Below, piece after piece: positions 28,210 to 32,000 of a stretch of 32,000 bases of DNA (its first letter is position 1; the number at the start of each line of letters is the position of its first letter). This stretch comes from Candidatus Nitrosopumilus koreensis AR1. GTDB taxonomy: Archaea; Thermoproteota; Nitrososphaeria; Nitrososphaerales; Nitrosopumilaceae. Location of the stretch: assembly GCF_000299365.1 (NCBI RefSeq), contig NC_018655.1:990001-1022000 (forward strand). The letters are read 5' to 3'. The notes under the pieces were generated by a model. It was not told the DNA's origin. It was given only the letters and a program-made list of their open reading frames with translations, and did no database searches. The position numbers were made by a program, and so were the translations under genes.

Positions 28210-28695
28210 ATGGAGGAAAATACGTTTTTTGCAATAATTTCAGTTATCATCACGGCATCGATTTTCATCATAGTCAAGATAGTTGAATTGACAAAATTCA
28301 GGACATTGTTAGGCTCAGGTAAAGCAACAGGCGTCATTTTCATAATTATTGCAATAGCAGAAGTGATGTATCTTGCAGTAACATTAAAAATTCTTTCACC
28401 AGCAATAGAGGTGGTAACATCACTTAGTGCAATATTGTTATTTTTCACATTTATTTATCTCAACAAATTGCAAAATGCAATTTCCGGTATGAGCATCGCA
28501 TTGGGAAGAAGGATTAATGTGGGAAGCAAGATTGAATTTGAAAACAAATCAGGCAAAATCATCCAAATAGGCCTGACAAAAACAATTGTAGAGTTAGAAG
28601 ACTCTAGAATAATGCTAATACCAAACAAAAAATTTGATGAGGAAGTATCCGTAGTAACTAATTCAAAAATACCAAACAAAAAGTTTGAAAAATAA
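28210..28695 (+). CDS. Short MscS-like channel protein, 161 aa, paralogue of 10909..11376
   Basis: VVTSLSAILLFFTFIYLNKLQNAISGMSIALGRRINVGSKIEFENKSGKIIQIGLTKTIVELEDSRIMLIPNKKF. Confidence 0.75.
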   Translation: MEENTFFAIISVIITASIFIIVKIVELTKFRTLLGSGKATGVIFIIIAIAEVMYLAVTLKILSPAIEVVTSLSAILLFFTFIYLNKLQNAISGMSIALGRRINVGSKIEFENKSGKIIQIGLTKTIVELEDSRIMLIPNKKFDEEVSVVTNSKIPNKKFEK

Positions 28696-28720
28696 AAAAT
28701 CACATATTTCTAAATAATCT

Positions 28721-28903
28721 TTATTCAGTGACTTTTATTTCGGATTTTTCTGCTTTAAATCCTGTTTTTACATGTGTTCCATCACAGCTGGGTTGTGTTT
28801 GGGATCTTCCACATCTACACAATGTAACAGAAGTTTTCTTATCAACTTCAACCAACAAAGGACCATCTTTTAATGCTTTGATAATTACATTTGGCATGAT
28901 CAT
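28721..28903 (-). CDS. CDGSH iron-sulfur domain protein, 60 aa
   Basis: CRCGRSQTQPSCDGTHVKTGF matches C-x-C-x2-S-x3-P-x-C-D-G-T-H. Confidence 0.95.
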   Translation of the reverse strand: MIMPNVIIKALKDGPLLVEVDKKTSVTLCRCGRSQTQPSCDGTHVKTGFKAEKSEIKVTE

Positions 28904-29135
28904 ATTTGATAAGTATAATCAAAAAAAGTACCTAAGCTTTTTCATTTAATTTCAGCTTTGTTGTTAAACAAGATTAAAGTTGTTTTGTTGGCAACATCAA
29001 CAATGACAAATATGCAACAATTTCTAGTTGATCAGAAAAACAGATTAGTTGTAACATACAACAGTGAAAAATTCCTCAACAAAAACAATACACTAACACC
29101 ATAAACCGAACACGCGTTTAATTTTATTTTATAAC

Positions 29136-30439
29136 ATGCCTGAAAAACAATCAGAAAAATGGAATTCTGGGTTCGGTTTTCTGTTAGCATGCATAGGTTC
29201 TGCTGTAGGAATGGGAAATATCTGGAGGTTCCCTTATGTTGCAGGAGAAAACGGAGGCGGGGGATTCCTAGTACCTTTTTTGATAATTGTAGCAAGCTTT
29301 GGATTTTTGCTGATGCTTTTAGAGTTTGCAATAGGACGCAAATACAAATCGTCAATAGTGACGGGAATGGCCAACATTTCAAAAAAATTTCGGTGGATAG
29401 GCGCCTTTATTGCGGTAGTGGCTTTCTCAATTTTGAGTTTTTATCTTGTGATTCTTGGCTGGGTGTTGTCATTTTTTGTATCAAATCTTGGTCAATCATT
29501 CCTAGATTTCCAACAGTATTCACAAACATTTTTCCCCGTAGTGTCATTTGTGGCAATTTTGTTTGTTACTTATTTGATCATTAATAGAGGAATCGCATCA
29601 GGGATAGAATTATTCAACAAAGTTGGAATTTTATGCCTAATTGCAATCCTCATTCCTTTAATGGTTTATGCCACAACATTACCAAATGCAGACAAAGGGA
29701 TTGCTTATTTCCTAAACCCAGACTTTTCTAAAATAACAGAACCAAATACATGGTCGATAGCACTAGGCCAAGCATTTTTCTCTTTATCCCTAGGTTCAGG
29801 TTCCCTACTGACATACAGCAGTTATCTACGAGGAAAACACTCCATGACACGTTCATCAGGAATAATCATTTTCTCAAATACTGCCATTTCAATAATTGCA
29901 GGGTTGATGATATTTTCATTTGTTTTTTCATACAGACTAGATCCAGAGGCAGGAATACCATTGATTTTTGAAGTGTTGCCAACTATCTTTTCAAATATTT
30001 ACATAGGATACATAATTGGCTCTGTTTTTTCTTTTTGTTATTGATAGCAGGACTGACATCAGCATTGGGAATGTTTCAAGTTCCAAACGCATCACTACAA
30101 GACACATTCAAAATATCTAACAAAAAATCAAGTAGAATTGTTTCTTTGGGACTGCTTGCAGTAGGGCTACCATCAGCTTTGAGCTACAGTCCAATAAATC
30201 TGAATATTTTTGGAACGCCTTTTTTGGATGGGATGGATTACATCTTTGGCACATATGGAATTGTCATATCAGAGTTACTCTTTGTAGTGGCAGTTACATG
30301 GGTTGTAGATAAAACAAAGATCTTAGAACATATCAACACTAATTCCAGTCTCAAGATACCAGAGTCTGCAATATCATTCATTAAATTCGGAGCACCAGTT
30401 GCCTCAATAGTGGTTATTTTAACAAGTATGTTTGTTTAA
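29136..30439 (+). CDS. Neurotransmitter:sodium symporter (SNF/NSS) family transporter, interrupted by a frameshift near 30030
   Basis: WNSGFGFLLACIGSAVGMGNIWRFPYVAGENGGGGFLVPF; a -1 shift in the T6 tract restores YIIGSVFFFLLLIAGLTSALGMFQVPNAS and joins 29136..30044 to 30035..30439. Confidence 0.88.
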
Positions 30440-30441
30440 GA

Positions 30442-31140
30442 TTATTTGAGTCCAGCTTTTTCTTTCATTTTTGAAAATGATCTTCCCTCACCATGACGTG
30501 GATTTGGTTTTCTTTGTTTTAGACGAGTTTTTGTTCCAATTTTTGCAGATTTTTCTTTTACTATCAACACAGGAATGTCTGAATTTTGCATTACAAAATT
30601 AGAAACACTTCCAAAAATTAACTCCTTTAGCATTCCTTTACCTGAGGAGCCCATAATGATCATATCATATTTGGATTTTTTTGAGATTTTGATAATCTCT
30701 TCAGGTTCATGACCACGTACAGTCATTTGTTTAGCTACTATGTTTCTTTCATCACAGTAATCTTTTGCATACTTGAGGGATATTTTTGAAGTTTTTTGAA
30801 GTTCCTTTGCTATCTCTTTCATAAAGATCCTATTTCCCACCTTGAGATCAGGAATAACATACAATAATGTGATTTTTGAGCCCAATTGTTTTGCAAAATA
30901 TATGGCAGCATCTAATGCCCTTGTTGATTTTTCAGATATGTCTACTGGAACCAAGATGCTATCAATTCCTTTGCGAATAATTTTTTTCTCATTTCTATTA
31001 CATTTTTCACATAAAGGTAAACGAATCGAGGATTTGATATCTATCTCTCCAATAAACTTGCCACAGACAGAGCACTTTACTTGTTTTTTATCATAAATGT
31101 TCATAGTATGTTTTGAATTAGCATTATTTTGATTTATCAT
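30442..31140 (-). CDS. Universal stress protein (UspA) domain with N-terminal zinc-ribbon-like segment
   Basis: KCSVCGKFIGEI...LCEKC; IDSILVPVDISEKSTRALDAAIYFA; DMIIMGSSGKGMLKELIFGSVSNFVMQNSDIPVLIVK. Confidence 0.9.
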   Translation of the reverse strand: MINQNNANSKHTMNIYDKKQVKCSVCGKFIGEIDIKSSIRLPLCEKCNRNEKKIIRKGIDSILVPVDISEKSTRALDAAIYFAKQLGSKITLLYVIPDLKVGNRIFMKEIAKELQKTSKISLKYAKDYCDERNIVAKQMTVRGHEPEEIIKISKKSKYDMIIMGSSGKGMLKELIFGSVSNFVMQNSDIPVLIVKEKSAKIGTKTRLKQRKPNPRHGEGRSFSKMKEKAGLK

Positions 31141-31337
31141 GTATTAAGCTATAATTGATATTTTCAAACCATCAGCTTATTTGAATAAAAGATGTGAGGG
31201 AGAAAATGAACAAAACAATACGAATAGGCATTAAATGATTATTGCAATTTAAATTCACAAATTTGCATAAGCTGTATTTGTTAATTTCAGCTGATTTTAG
31301 TATTAGAACTAAAGTAATTTTGAGACTAAACCATTGT

Positions 31338-31553
31338 ATGTCAAAACTACAACTACTTCAACAACTAGTTGAAGACAAAGGTGAGCTGATGGTAATGTCA
31401 GACACTGGTGAGAAATTTGAACTTCACAAACACAATGTAAAGTTTGACGACTCATCAGATCTAATAGAAATTGATGGGGGAACTAAGAGGTTCTGGCTTG
31501 TTCCATCAAAGATTGCATACTATTGGACTCACGACAAAGCCAGAGAAGAGTAA
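31338..31553 (+). CDS. Hypothetical protein, about 71 aa (track start 31242; ATG 31338 preferred)
   Basis: MSKLQLLQQLVEDKGELMVMSDTGEKFELHKHNVKFDDSSDLIEIDGGTKRFWLVPSKIAYYWTHDKAREE. Confidence 0.55.
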   Translation: MSKLQLLQQLVEDKGELMVMSDTGEKFELHKHNVKFDDSSDLIEIDGGTKRFWLVPSKIAYYWTHDKAREE

Positions 31554-31707
31554 TTCTTCCCAGGTTCTATTACTGCCAAATATTTTTTTATTTTAAAATT
31601 GGTATTATTTTTGTGAAAGTTTAGAAAGTTCCAATTTTTTCATTATTTTTTGGTTTTATTGTCAAGTATTATGATCTTTTAAGTACTATTCCAACACTTA
31701 TTTTTCA

Positions 31708-32000
31708 ATGACTAAATCAATGAGAGCTACGACTTTTCTATTGTTACTATCAATCATGCTAATCTTAGCACCTTCAAGTGTTATGGCACAAACTGAAGTT
31801 GGTGTGGAATCTGAAACAAAGGCAAATGTAGGTGTTAATGTTGGCGCAGATAGCGGAACAAATGCAACAGCAAAATCTGAAACAAAAGCTGAAGCAAAGA
31901 CTGAAGCAAATCCTAAATCTCAAGAAAATGAATCTTCAGAATCTCAACAATCCTCTGAGGCACAGTCAGAAGCATCTGCAAAATCTGAAACAAAAGTCCA
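31708..32000 (+). CDS. Secreted low-complexity Ser/Glu/Ala/Lys-rich protein, truncated by the window end
   Basis: Signal peptide MTKSMRATTFLLLLSIMLILAPSSVMA then QTEVGVESETKANVGVNVGADSGTNATAKSETKAEAKTEANPKSQENESSESQQSSEAQ. Confidence 0.7.
   Translation, partial: MTKSMRATTFLLLLSIMLILAPSSVMAQTEVGVESETKANVGVNVGADSGTNATAKSETKAEAKTEANPKSQENESSESQQSSEAQSEASAKSETKV

Noticed and set aside
1-32000. Defence system, prophage, transposon or integron
   Set aside because: No integrase, transposase, Cas, restriction-modification or toxin-antitoxin signatures recognised. The ParB-like gene sits in a chromosomal-looking context and is not evidence of a plasmid on its own.

Overview
This 32 kb, AT-rich window looks like a marine ammonia-oxidising thaumarchaeon (Nitrosopumilus-like). 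That call is an inference from gene content: two TFBs, aIF-1A, a PEFG-terminated surface protein and ectoine genes. The centrepiece is a compact minus-strand ectoine/hydroxyectoine operon, [unknown ORF]-ectA-ectB-ectC-ectD (17667 to 14190), with 4-14 nt overlaps. It lies near a dicarboxylate/amino-acid symporter, three MscS-like channel genes, a CPA2/Kef-type antiporter and an NSS-type transporter. Two signalling operons are present: coiled coil/matrixin-like protease-response regulator-histidine kinase, and wHTH-response regulator-PAS/PAS histidine kinase. Two lysine/arginine/alanine-rich, histone-H1-like repeat proteins are encoded; the second extends well past its annotated stop in another frame. 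A repeated pattern is frame interruption at A6/T6 tracts (histidine kinase twice, protease, H1-like protein, NSS transporter). Assembly or sequencing indels are the simplest explanation, but one site is a perfectly phased A_AAA_AAC -1 slippery heptamer next to the HisKA H-box. Several small ORFs missing from the track were found by eye, including a 29-aa four-cysteine microprotein. A recurrent TAAGCT/AGCTTA element sits 33-46 nt upstream of many start codons. I found no RNA genes, CRISPR arrays or transposases.
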